Assembly (NCBI GenBank): GCA_013239625.1
Contig: MU053561.1
Coordinates: 3,736,283-3,800,282 of the forward strand
Source: Lama guanicoe
Taxonomy: Eukaryota
DNA length: 64,000 nucleotides
Reading direction: 5' to 3'
Both the position numbers and the translations under genes were made by a program. The notes beneath the pieces were generated by a model. That model ran no database searches. It was not told the origin of the DNA and saw only the letters and a program-made list of their open reading frames with translations. This document shows, one piece after another, positions 1-49,474 of this stretch (position 1 is its first letter; each line of letters begins with the position of its first letter).

Positions 1-479
1 CCCCTCCTGATTACAAAGTGAGGTATGAACTAGTAAGAGAGAACACAAAAGACCCTCGGCCACATCTTTGCACAAACACTTATCGCTCCATCCGATAGAG
101 ACAGATGGTTTCGTCACTGAACTTGCTGGGTTGATACCGGATCCTAAATCCAGAACCAGAAATGTAAAATTCTTTCAACACAAAAGTGACTGTCAAATAA
201 ACTCCCCTTGAAATAAGACCTGGTCCCAGCCTCTCCAGTCTTCTCCCTAGCATCTTCGTTGAGGAAGTGGTCATCACAACTCGAGTTAACTCGTCATCCC
301 AGTGAGCCAGTCTCCATTTCCGCCCTCATCCTGGCTGGTGCATCCTGCACTCTACACACTAGTTGTCCTCATCAAACAATTGCTTGGAAATCACATTTTG
401 TTAATCACGTCATAGTCTAGGAGTCTCAGCAGAGTTTGCAATTTAGTTAAATCCTACTGTGAATCCATTACAAAAATAA

Positions 480-3400
480 GGAGTTATCAGCAAAGTTTGA
501 ATTTTATTATGTCCTTTCTTGTTTTTAGAATGATGATCCACACTAAGTGAATCATCATTCTATTATGTCTTTAATGGTGCAGGGTGGCGCTGGGAAATGA
601 AAAGTGACCGCCACCTCTTCCCAGCTGCCCCCTGGAATGGTGATAAGATGTAACTGCCTAAATTCCTTACCGCATGAACTGAACTAGACTTGACGCCTGC
701 AGGGCAGATGCTGGGGTCCTATCACTAATTCCCTGAGCCGTCTCTGGTCCTCAGAGATGAAGCCTCCCAGGGTGAGGGCTTTTGGGGGTTTAAAAACTCC
801 TAAAGGATGAGCTCCTTCAGAATGAAAGCTCTTATCCACAAGAAAGCTCAGATAAATACAAGCAAATACAAAACCAGATACTGCACGTTCAAATATCTTT
901 ATCCAAATATAATTTCAGTACCCAAAGTGCCAAAGACACTCAAGATAAAAGCCTGAGGGTTGTCACATTTGTCCCCAAGGTTTCAGATAAGAGTGTTTTT
1001 ATCCCACTAAAACAAGGACGAAATCCTGATGTTTTCAAGCTGAAACAGACAAAGCAGCTGCAGATTCCTGGCGCCACATTGGCAGCAACAGGTCCCCGTG
1101 CTGCTGCAGGTGTTAGAAGTCTGCTTTCGTGTCGCGGAGACTCTACAACAACCCACTGAAGAGGATGAGTTTACAGGTGAAACAACAAATTGGGTAATCT
1201 AAAATAGAAACGGGACAGGTCTGGTAAAAGGGACTCAGAGTCCTAGAATCTAATTTTATTCAGTAGTTTTACATTTCTTACCCACCCTTTGAAAATGTGT
1301 CCTGCTCAGTCCTAAGAAGCAGCCATGCTGAGAGGTGGGCATGCCATCTCCCTTTCCCACTCCTCCACTGAAAGCACACAGCGGGAGATAAAAAGGTAGC
1401 TTCCGCACAACTGAACCAAAAACTAAAGACACTGGAAGAGAGGAAAGCAGTGTTTTCAGAGTCCTGCTTTATGCCTGTTGATTCAAACTCTTGAGGGCAA
1501 ATGTCGGGGCAAATAGCAGGAGGCAAAAGTCAAGGATGGAGACCAGGGACTCCTGTTCCAAACCTACGGAGGCTGGGCTGGCAGGCAGTCCCTCTCCCTC
1601 CCCAACCAGGGAGGCTCTTGTGGTGTGACACTGACCAAGCACCAGGCAGAGTAAACCGCAGGTCATGGGGAGGCCAGGTCAGCCCCTGCGCACCTCCCCA
1701 AGGTGCACACCTCCCCAAGCCAGCAGGTGGGAGCGGAGGGTGGGACGGTCAGAAGCAAAGGGTAGCTGCCAGGAATAGAGCTCCTGAGTCTTAGAGCAGG
1801 TGCAGAACTAGCATGGCTGGTTTTGCGGGGAGGGTGGGGGTGGGAGTAGGGGGAGGCTCAAGTTCTTTCTGCTGAAGATCCTGAGCAACCTGCGAGCACG
1901 TGGAGCAGCTTTCCCTGGGCCACACCTCCGACACAAACCCAAGTGAAAGAACAGGAGCGACTCCCCCTCCCACGAACCTCCAACTCTGGGTTCTACACAT
2001 CAAGGCTACGCGTCCTCAAGTCCCTCTCCCACATCCAAAAACATCGAATTATTTGGGTAATACCTCAAGGCACAGTGACTGAGTGTTGGAAGCAAATATT
2101 AGATTTGAAGTTTCTGTTACTAGCCAGGAGATTTTCGGCAAGGCCTTCCCTCTCTGACCCTTTCTCCCACCTGTAAAATGGAAATAACTCCTACCTTACA
2201 GGAATTCACATTCTAGAGCAGTACCTAACATAAAATACCTGATAAAAGTGTCTTATTACCCTTCTCTTCCTTCTTTGACCAAAATATGTTTTGTCAAAAA
2301 TGTGATCCAAAATCTAATTTTCTGGGCATCCACTTGGTTGATGCTCAATATGGTGATTTCAGTGGAGCATCTAAAGTGCCTTCCTCACTGCTACACTGAA
2401 TACCATTCAAAACTGTGCTATGGGCTTCAGAACAACTCATATTTTATTTATAATGGATTATGACCTCAAGGTTACATAGTAGTAAGTTCACAGTAGTGAT
2501 TGCTTTTCTGTAAAACAAGATCCATATAGCACAGACACTACCTGGAAATACATCACTTGGTACAACTGCAGGGTCTCTCCTGGACTATTTAAATATTATG
2601 GCAACATTTCTTTAGTAATCACTCTTTCTTCTTCTTTTTTTTTAAATGAAGCTCAATTTTGAAGTTATATGGAGAAATCTATAGTAAGGCTTCCAGGGTA
2701 GTGAAGTTGGAGCAGTTATTATCATAGAGCTTGGCTTTTCTTTGTTTCTTGCTATTTTCAGGTCATAGGGTCCTGAGGCAAGAAGGAGCCTAATGGACTT
2801 GCCTGCGGGACAGCCAACTCTCCAGAAGACACTGCTGCGCTAAAGCCATTTACTCCTAGGGAGAAGCCAGTGTAACTGAGGGAAAGAAAGAAAGGGCGGG
2901 GGGAGAAGTAACTGGCTTTAGAGTAACTTCACAGAAGATGGGTGCTGTTGGGAAATCTCTCAAACACAGGACATATGTAGAAACACATGGACTCTCACAT
3001 GTTCATCCATATAAACATACCCACAAGTTATTTGCTGACATAGACACCCATCTGCTACAGATAACACAGACATTCAGATGTCTAACATAAACATGCCGTC
3101 CATCTGGTAATTAGACTCAAGAGAAATGCTCACGTGTATGGAAACACTCACAAATACGCATCCCCGTGTAGGAAGCCTTACATAGCAGGGTCCAGATGGA
3201 AGAGAGGAAACCAAGGACCGATTCTGTTGGTTTCACTGAGTGGCTACAACATTCACTCATCCGGGAAGTAAGGAGGGGCAGGGTTGTCAACTTTAGTCAG
3301 CCCACTAAGCTCATGACTTCCCACGGAACTACAGCCTTATCTGAATACACACACTGCAAAGACACAAGAAAAAGAGTACTTGATTACCCCCCTGCAATCT

Positions 3401-6400
3401 CAACCACAATTTCCCCACTGCAAAGGAGGTCCGAACTCTGGCAATGAGCCACAGCACAAAACACACACACACACACGCGTGCGCGCACACACACACACAC
3501 AGAGGCCACCTATCTTTACCCATTTGCTTACAGAATGTGTCCTGTGTGTAGATTTGAAAAGGACAGAGAGGGAGAAAGGGAGATCATGACAGTTGGGCAG
3601 GAAAACTGGTCAAGGCTTTTCTCTAGAGCTTACTTTATAAGCTTTGGCAGAAGCATCATGCATCTCGACTTAACTGATAATGCAAAGGATGGCTGACCCA
3701 CAAAACCTTAAAATTCCCTCCAGCTCTAAGAATGCAGACTTCAACGTTCAGTTCATGAATGATTAAAAATGGTCAACTGCCTTCAGAAGGACACACTTAA
3801 GAACAAAAATTATCTACTGGTCAAAACATCACCAGGTCAAAACATCAGACACACTCCTCATTAAGTCGTTCTACTCCATACGGTTCAACGTTCATATTTT
3901 AATAACGTAGGTTCAAAGTTATAGAACATCTATAAACATTTAAGGTAAACAAAATCTTGTCTCCTCCAATGTGCATTTATCTAATCCTACTCGCCCAGGG
4001 CACAGTTTAATCCCTCTTAAAAAGAAAAGCTGATTGGCTCCAAGAACTGAAATAGAAATGTGTTGTTTTCAGTGGTGTGATGCAGGTTTTTGAAACCTTT
4101 TTTTTTTAACTCCATTTACATTGTTCCCACTGCACCATTAACTCAAGCTATTAAGAGTTTGCGAGTGCAAAGGCTTGATACAAAGATTCTGCATTTTATT
4201 ATGTTATTCTTTCAAAAGGGACTCCATACAAAGTCAGTGTAAAAAAAATCGATTTTCAATTTAAAACAGAAACAATAATTTCAGAAAGTCTGACATTCTC
4301 CTATGCAAAGACTGGGAAAGGGGTAGAGAGAAAATAAATTCTTTAATTTCAACCTTTCTTCACCCTGCTGGGAAGGCAGGCAACCAAGGCCATGAATCCA
4401 ATGTAGCCCCTTCTGGACCCGTAACTTAAGACAGGGTGGGAAGCACCGTATTTTTGGGTGCTGATGAGGAGTATCATTATGAACTGTATGTATACACACG
4501 GGTGGCACTTCTGCTGCAGGAGCCTAGGATGCATTTAGTCTGGGACAGTGTAACCTTTACGCAGCCCTTGCCCAATCTCCCCAAATATATTCCTGAGAAA
4601 GACAGCATAAGGAATGTCCAGCTTGAAGGGACCTAAAGGCAAACCTAAGAACAAAAGCACCATGGTTACATGGTATGTGTTTTTCATAAATGGAAACCAT
4701 GTAGTTAAATGGCACATAGTGGCTCCGCGCCATACAGACTGCTTTCCCCTCCCTTTTCCAACGCATCTTCTTTTTGACCTGAAGGCTGCTGATTCAAGAA
4801 CGCTGTTTCCGTTGTCAGGTCCAGGTGCACGACAAACCTCCGGAGCCAATTTTTAAGAAAATGATAACAAACGCTGCACTGCTTGTGGAGTGCGTAAACC
4901 AGAGAGGGTACGTGAGGACACTCACACAAAGAGCACTGGACAGTGCCATCCTTTGCAAACGCAAGGGAGCTGGTCACCCTGAACACCCAGGAAAGGCGAG
5001 AGTGAATACTTCGTAAAGGTCTGTTGTGGGTACAAGAAGGCAGGCGGGACTGAAGGCTGCTGCAGGGCTCTGCCGAGCGACGCCTCCACCCACAACCCGG
5101 CCCGGCTGCTCCCCTGAGCCCCAGAAAGCCACAGAAACCGGCTGTGTCTAGAAAACTGGCCACGCATGCATCGTCTGGACCATGAGCTCGGCCCCTACTC
5201 TCCTTCCCCTGACCTCTGCAGCTTGCCCATTCCTTCTCCTTACTTACTGCCAACTACTAGTAATTGAGCACCAGGGCCTAAATGAGCCCCTCCCTGGTTG
5301 TAAGGGGCAGAGGCGATGAGTGCACAGTGATGGTGGTCAGGATCAGGGACCGGACGCTGCAGCTGTCACTGCAGAGGGCACTGTTTGGTCTCCCTTGGCA
5401 GGGCAGCATGCCATGGAGCTCTGTGAGAACGCATCTCCTGGGAAACAGAGGCTCCCAGCTGAACGTGTCAGTCCCGGAGTCACATTGTGGGTCTCCTCCA
5501 GGTGGGTGTGGAGCACTGGGAGGAGGACAGGGAGGGGAGGGGCCTCCACTGCCTCCTTAAAGGGACATCTGAGCTGGCATGCTGTCCTGGGTTCAACCTG
5601 GTGGGCACTCCACCCTTCCCTATACAAGCAAACCATCTGTGGGGCAGATCCGAGGCTGCGCACAGAGCCTGAGGGCACAGGTGAACAGCTGGGCAGGCCC
5701 TGGGTGGCTCTGAAGGCTGGGCTCCCTTGCCAGGCCTGCCAGCCAGGTGGGGCGTGGTATGGGCTGGGGAGGGCGGGTCGGAGCCGAGACAGGTGGGCCA
5801 TACCAGGGTTAGGAGGGGGCTAGGTGCCCAAGCCGGTAGAAAAGCAGGTCAGAACTGGGGTAGGCAGGCTCTCTTTGGGCAAAAAATAAAATAAAATCAT
5901 TAAGAGCTGTAAACTGACAGTGCATGTTTGTCATTGTGACCTTTCTCCACAGAACCTAAGGCAACAGAGAACAAAGATGAAGGCAGGCCTTTCGCGACTG
6001 GCCCGCGGCTCCCTTGGTGCTGGACACTGACATACACAGACACGTGTGGACACGTCTGGTCCGCTTCCCTGAAACAGAACAAAGACATGTCCCCAGAGGC
6101 CCACGAGTGGGACAGCTGGAAGCAAGGGTGGGGCCGGGAGCTGCACGAAAGGCAGGGACGAGTCGTAAGGCGAGGTTCCCAAGAACCGCCAGCTCCGCTT
6201 TGGTTTGTAGCTGTCCCAGGCACGCCAGGGAACGGCTTCTTGAGACATCCCATCCATAAGCCAGATGGCATTGGTCACTTTTTCCCAGGATGGACATCTT
6301 CTGCTTCCTTCCAAATAAAGTGCAGATGGTCAAAGGACCCTGGTCTCTCATCTGCCAGTTCAGTCAGCAATGAACAATAAGAAAAACAAAGATGCCCCTC

Positions 6401-6465
6401 TGGTATACATATATCTCTCTCTATATATTCTTTTTTTTTTTAATAAAGCCACAAATATAGAACTT
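480..6465 (-). other. VANGL1: VANGL1 long 3' UTR (distal end uncertain)
   Basis: Follows the stop codon; AATAAA on the minus strand at 4195-4200, 2443-2448, 1255-1260 and 503-508. Mammalian VANGL1 is known to have a multi-kb 3' UTR. Confidence 0.6.
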
Positions 6466-42561
<36,096 letters not shown>

Positions 42562-45500
42562 TCACCTACTGGTCTCCTAAAGCCCCAAAGGGCCTGGGAA
42601 TCCAGGAGACGCTTTTTAACAGGAACAGATTCTGGGAAAAGACGGAAAAAAAGAGAGAGAGAGATCAACCTTCAAAGCCAACATAAAATGGGTTCAAAGG
42701 TAAATGACAGCAGCAAACTCCTCTTTAGGGGTCTCTGTTGTGGAACAAGTGAGCAAGGGTAAGGCTTCCAGGCACCACTAAATGCTCCGCTCACACAGCA
42801 AGCGCTTGCCTGGGTGTCTGGGAGGGGGACAGGTGGGTGCCAGGCAGGCCAAACGCCACCGCAGCAGCCGGAAACTGGAGGTGGGAGAGACCTGGCCCGT
42901 GGCCATTTCCCGGACAAGACACAGCCTGGCCCGCATGGCGTCCCAGCCCCCACTGCCAGTGTGCCTATTACAAAACAATACCCGGGGAAACTGCTTTTAA
43001 GGGATTTGCTCATAGTTTCCAAAAGCCAATGGGAAAAAAAAAAGTCTTCGGTCTCTTTAATCCAGGAATCCAAACTCCCGAGAATTTATCTTAGGGAAGT
43101 AATTCCTATTTTTAAAGGAAAACTATTCTTACCACTCGTCTTTAATAGCGGAAAACCAGAAATAATCTCAGTGCTCCCCAAACAGAGGACTAGGTAAGGA
43201 AAACACGGCTCATCCACTGAAAGAAACATCACATAGCTGTTTTAAAATGATAATTACGAAGAACAGAAATTTGTATGATAGAATGACAAATTTAAAAAGC
43301 AGGCTACAGGACTGTAGATAGATGCTGAAATCAACATGATAGTTACAATAAAAAAATCACTTATGCAAGGATTAGGAGGAAACATCAGAAAATGGAAGCA
43401 GGTGACTTGTTAGTTACAGGCGCCTGGGTCTTTTCCCACATTTTCATTAGATATCATTATGCAATAAAAATAAATTGGAAACATTCCCAAGTACATTCCT
43501 GAGCCCCACATGCTGAGTCTTTCCTTCTAGAAAAAGGAGTTCTGTCTCTCCCTGCGCCCCTCGCCCCAGAGCTGGTCTCCACCCCATGGGGCTCCTGCTT
43601 CCAGCGCCCCCAGAAGCTGAAATACAAACAGAGCTGGACAGATAAGTGTGAAGAACAAACAAAGAAGCTGTGAGCACCAGCCCTCTACCCCTACCGGGAG
43701 GAGGCCAAGAATCCTCGCCGATGACCTGCCAGGGAGTCACCGGAGAGCCACCAATGGCCAACACAGCCCGAGCCTCAGCACCACCTGGGCTGCACCTGCC
43801 CTTGCCATTCACTCACTAGGTTGGTTGCCCAGGGCGAGCCTCCCTTGTCCTTGTGTCCTGACTTGTCACTGCATCTCTGCTCTCCTGCACAAGCCCAAGG
43901 CAAGCAGTGGGGAGTCCTGGGGTCTAGCCAGTGCACCCCACTGTCCAGTACAACCTGGGATGAGCCATGTGTCTTCTTGAGCCTCAGATTCCTCAACTGT
44001 CAAACGGGGACATGTCAGCCAGCCATGGACCTCATAGGGTTGATCTGAAGATAGAAGCTGATACGGTGTAGGGAGCTGGGTTCCAATTCCAGGCTTTACT
44101 CACTTACTTACTAGCTATATGACCTCAGTCGAATTAGTACACTTCTCTGAACCTGCATCTGTAAAACGTGAATAACAAGGCTGCTGCATGGAACTAACAA
44201 GCTACAGCCGGGACCACTCCCAGCACCATCTCTGGTGCGCTGGATAAGGAGCAATTGTGGTTACGAGGACTCCGGTCACCGGGTCCCAACCCAGTCCCTC
44301 TCAGTGACAGGCTAGGAAAGGAGCGGGGCAGAGTGGGGCCAGGGCTCACCTTCCCACCTGAGGCTCCCCGGAGCCAGACAGCCCTGGGCTCGCATCCCAG
44401 TCCAGTCCACGGCTTTCTAACTAGCTGTGTCCCCAGGCATGGCAGTTTCCCCTTGGAGACTCAGGTCTCCTCATCCATAAAACGGACAAAAGGCAGCCTA
44501 TGTTGTGGGCTGTAATGATACAATGTGAAAAAAAAACACCATGGGCATTTAAAAAATACATTCGTTTTGCTCTTGGACATATCCCCACTTTTCTAGATTT
44601 CAAGAGCTGGCTCACCCTTTTTTCTCCCTACTCTGCTGCCCAGCACTTTCACTACCATTTCAATGAGCTCTCAGCACCTAAGACCTCACTTCCTGCTCTG
44701 AGCTACGCAGCTTGCTCATTCATTGCCTTCATACCTGGCAGATGCCACATAAGGAGGTGAGCCAGGATCTCCAGGCCTGCCAGGAACGAGCCTCTTTCCC
44801 CGAAGGCCCTTCACCCAGCTCTCTGCTGACCTGCAGGTTCTGACACCCAGCTGCTTGGTCCAGACACCTGACTGCCCTCTTCTACATCCAGAATCGATTA
44901 TCCACAACGCCTACCCTTTTTCCTGCCCTCCAACCCGTAACTGTTGATTCCTTTTCCATCCCAGCTTTCAGCTAATTCTGGCTAAATGCTGCTGGGGTGT
45001 CTCAGGGTCAAGTGGCCCAGGCCCCGCAGACCTGGGCTGATCCCATTTACACATCCTGGCCGTGACACCCCGGGGCAGACGCTCACCCCTCTGAGCTGAC
45101 CTCTCCCCCTGTAAAATGAGGCCACTGAATATGATCTCTTCCTGGGGTTGTTGTGAGCATTAAAGGAGACTCCCAGGATAAAGCCTCTGGTAGATGGTAA
45201 CTCAAGTTTCATTCCCCTTCCCCTTCTGCAAGAGGACGTCAGCCTTCATCCTCATTAAAACCTCTGGCTGTCCATTAAGGCAACTCCAGGCATGTCCAAG
45301 TGCTCTCTGGGAACAGCTTTACTGCCCCTCAACCCACTGCCCTGGTCTGGTTTCTCTCACACAATTCCTGCCTCTACTTATCAAACAGGCAGTCTGTCCA
45401 TGCTGCCATTCCCCTCTCGTCACCCCCATCCTCCATCCTTGACACTCCACTCAAACACCTCTGAGTCAGCCTGAGACTGCTATGAGCCAAATCCAAGGCT

Positions 45501-45565
45501 CTCATCCTTGTCTTCCTTCCCCGGACCTTCTCATCCAATGTGTTCATCCGTCTGCCTCCCTGTTT

Positions 45566-48500
45566 AGTGAGCAGCTAGGAGAGACCTGCTAGGCAGTGCT
45601 GGGGACACGGCAAGGACAGTGACACACAGCACAAGCTGCCCTCGCAGAGCGAGCCCTCTGCTGCCCACCATCCTCCGACTGGACGGCGTTTATGCGACTA
45701 CTTCTCCAACCGTCCTTCCCTGCTCCCCCGTCAAGTTATCCCTTAAGGTTTAAAACTTACCCATCATTCTCCTCCATCCATGGATTTGCTCCAGGATAAG
45801 CTCCCTGGAGACAGGAGCTATTGTTTACCTGCCCCCAGGACACGCTGAACATGAGAAGCACCCAACAAATACCTACTGAAAGAATAAACCCCCAGTGCAC
45901 ATTTCCTACTCAGACGCCTCCTGCCCCACGGGGGATTGTCATCAACCCTCCCCAGCCCCGTGCTCTGCTCTCCAGGGTCCCGACCTATACAATCATCCTA
46001 CCGGCCCTACACATCTAACCGTGGGCCGTTTCCACAACTCGCTCTCCCCTTCGCCCCACACATCCAGCTGTCACGAAGTGCCCTCTGTCCGCTGGGATCC
46101 ACCCCTCACTCTCCCGGTGCTCAGCCACCCACTTTCTCCAGGCTCCGCGGACACAGGGCTAAACTGTTACAAAGCCTGCAGGTTTCCTCATGGAATCCAG
46201 TCTCCACAGACCTCAGGCCCCTTCTGAGTCATTCTGTTTCCACCAGAGCTATCCATTCTTGCCCGAGATCTGAGTGAGGATTAAGAAGCAGCCACAGGAG
46301 GCAAACTGACAAAATCCAGAGAGAACTCATTTCAGACACCAATGAAAGAGCTTCGACATAGTTAACAGAAAAACACATCCTGATGCTTATCGCCGCAGTA
46401 ATACATTGACAAGCCAGTTCCCTTGTATGCACAAGAAATTAGCAGAACGCAGATAAGGTCAGAGGGATGCCTTATCAGGAAGATAATAAAGTAATGAAAA
46501 GGAGTCAGGTTCCTTGGGTAATAAACTGACAGGCTGCGGCACTGGTCTGAATGGGACAGTCATGCAAAGGTGTAAATGTGGAGCCTGGAATCTGGAACTG
46601 TCCCTCTATCACACTGACCCCTGACATGACCCAGACTGCCTGGCAGCGGCCAGTGTGATCTTTCAAATCACAGCGTGAATGTCACGTTCCTGCTTAAAAT
46701 CCCTCTGTGGAGTTCTGCTGCACTTCAAATAAGATACAAAATCCTTCATGTGCTCTGCCTGGGGGACCCTGCCCACCTCTCCAGCTCCTCTCTTTCTCTA
46801 GCCCCAAGTCCTCGGAGGCTCTCTGCAGCCTCAGTGTATCCCCTCTACTCGCTCTTCACATGCCTTGTTTTGCACAGTTCCTACTCATCCTTTTCAACTT
46901 AAGCAATACTGCTTCTTGCCAGAGGCCTTTCCTGACCCTCCGGCCTCACCTGGCCCTCTCCCAGCACCCTGTACCACTTGGGACCCCCATTCCCAATTCC
47001 ACAGTGATCTGTGTGATTACTTATCGACCGGCTCCTGCATAGACAGGAAGCTCCACCAGGGCAGGGGCCACCTTCCTTACTGTCTCTCTAGCTCCTAGAC
47101 GTAGCAGACACTCAATGAATGTATGCTGAATGGAGGGAGGGTTTTGGTGGCAAACCTCAGGACGTGGGGACCACAGACTCACTGAGGAAGAATCCTTAGA
47201 GATTGTCTCTTTGAAACCCTCCGTTTTACAGGAGAAGGAAAAGATGCCGAGATTAGATTCAGCAGTGATGTCCAAACCACCAAGAGTGGAGGTGCCCTGC
47301 TGCTCCCCCGAGTCTCACTCTGCGGCAAAGGTTATGTTCCAGACACACTAGGTAAAAATCGGCAGTCCTCTCTTTCAGCCGCTGCCCGAGAACACCGTGG
47401 CCAGCTGCCTCCCCCTGGCAAGTGAGCAGCTAGGAGAGACCTGCTAGGCAGTGCTGGGGACACGGCAAGGACAGTGACACACAGCACAAGCTGCCCTCGC
47501 AGAGCGAGCCCTCTGCTGCCCACCATCCTCCGACTGGACGGCGTTTATGCGACTACTTCTCCAACCGTCCTTCCCTGCTCCCCCGTCAAGTTATCCCTTA
47601 AGGTTTAAAACTTACCCATCATTCTCCTCCATCCATGGATTTGCTCCAGGATAAGCTCCCTGGAGACAGGAGCTATTGTTTACCTGCCCCCAGGACACAC
47701 TGAACATGAGAAGCACCCAACAAATACCTACTGAAAGAATAAACCCCCAGTGCACATTTCCTACTCAGACGCCTCCTGCCCCACGTGGGATTGTCATCAA
47801 CCCTCCCCAACCCCGTCCTCTGCTCTCCAGGGTCCCGACCTATACAATCATCCTACCGGCCCTACACATCTAACCGTGGGCCGTTTCCACAACTTGCTCT
47901 CCCCTTCATCCCACACATCCAGCTGTCACGAAGTGCCCTCTGTCCGCTGGGATCCACCCCTCACTCTCCCGGTGCTCAGCCACCCACTTTCTCCAGGCTC
48001 CGCGGACACAGGGCTAAACTGTTACAAAGCCTGCAGGTTTCCTCATGGAATCCAGTCTCCACAGACCTCAGGCCCCTTCTGAGTCATTCTGTTTCCACCA
48101 GAGCTATCGATTCTTGCCCGAGATCTGAGTGAGGATTAAGAAGCAGCCACAGGAGGCAAACTGACAAAATCCAGAGAGAACTCATTTCAGACACCAATGA
48201 AAGAGCTTCGACATAGTTAACAGAAAAACACATCCTGATGCTTATCGCCGCAGTAATACATTGACAAGCCAGTTCCCTTGTATGCACAAGAAATTAGCAG
48301 AACGCAGATAAGGTCAGAGGGATGCCTTATCAGGAAGATAATAAAGTAATGAAAAGGAGTCAGGTTCCTTGGGTAATAAACTGACAGGCTGCGGCACTGG
48401 TCTGAATGGGACAGTCATGCAAAGGTGTAAATGTGGAGCCTGGAATCTGGAACTGTCCCTCTATCACACTGACCCCTGACATGACCCAGACTGCCTGGCA

Positions 48501-49274
48501 GCGGCCAGTGTGATCTTTCAAATCACAGCGTGAATGTCACGTTCCTGCTTAAAATCCCTCTGTGGAGTTCTGCTGCACTTCAAATAAGATACAAAATCCT
48601 TCATGTGCTCTGCCTGGGGGACCCTGCCCACCTCTCCAGCTCCTCTCTTTCTCTAGCCCCAAGTCCTCGGAGGCTCTCTGCAGCCTCAGTGTATCCCCTC
48701 TACTCGCTCTTCACATGCCTTGTTTTGCACAGTTCCTACTCATCCTTTTCAACTTAAGCAATACTGCTTCTTGCCAGAGGCCTTTCCTGACCCTCCGGCC
48801 TCACCTGGCCCTCTCCCAGCACCCTGTACCACTTGGGACCCCCATTCCCAATTCCACAGTGATCTGTGTGATTACTTATCGACCGGCTCCTGCATAGACA
48901 GGAAGCTCCACCAGGGCAGGGGCCACCTTCCTTACTGTCTCTCTAGCTCCTAGACGTAGCAGACACTCAATGAATGTATGCTGAATGGAGGGAGGGTTTT
49001 GGTGGCAAACCTCAGGACGTGGGGACCACAGACTCACTGAGGAAGAATCCTTAGAGATTGTCTCTTTGAAACCCTCCGTTTTACAGGAGAAGGAAAAGAT
49101 GCCGAGATTAGATTCAGCAGTGATGTCCAAACCACCAAGAGTGGAGGTGCCCTGCTGCTCCCCCGAGTCTCACTCTGCGGCAAAGGTTATGTTCCAGACA
49201 CACTAGGTAAAAATCGGCAGTCCTCTCTTTCAGCCGCTGCCCGAGAACACCGTGGCCAGCTGCCTCCCCCTGGC
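45566..49274. repeat. Tandem duplication, two copies (45566-47419 and 47421-49274), period 1855 bp
   Basis: Read directly from the sequence; ORF pairs are offset by exactly 1855 (45821/47676, 46229/48084, 47130/48985). Confidence 0.97.
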
Positions 49275-49474
49275 CTCCTGTCACCCATCTCTCCTGAACT
49301 GCAGGCATGGCTTGGGTGTGAGCTGGAGGTAAACACCAGAAGAGGGCTGGAGTTCATCAGATCACATCCCATGAAGGCCGGGTGGCCAGTGCAGAGACAG
49401 GTGCACGGGGCGCTTTTGACTGAGGGATGGTATCTTAAACCCGAAATTCCCTGGCAAAAGTGTCACAGACTCTC

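Noticed and set aside
45821..49206. Paired identical ORFs suggesting a duplicated small gene
   Set aside because: They result from the intronic tandem duplication, overlap L2-like sequence and show no coding signature.
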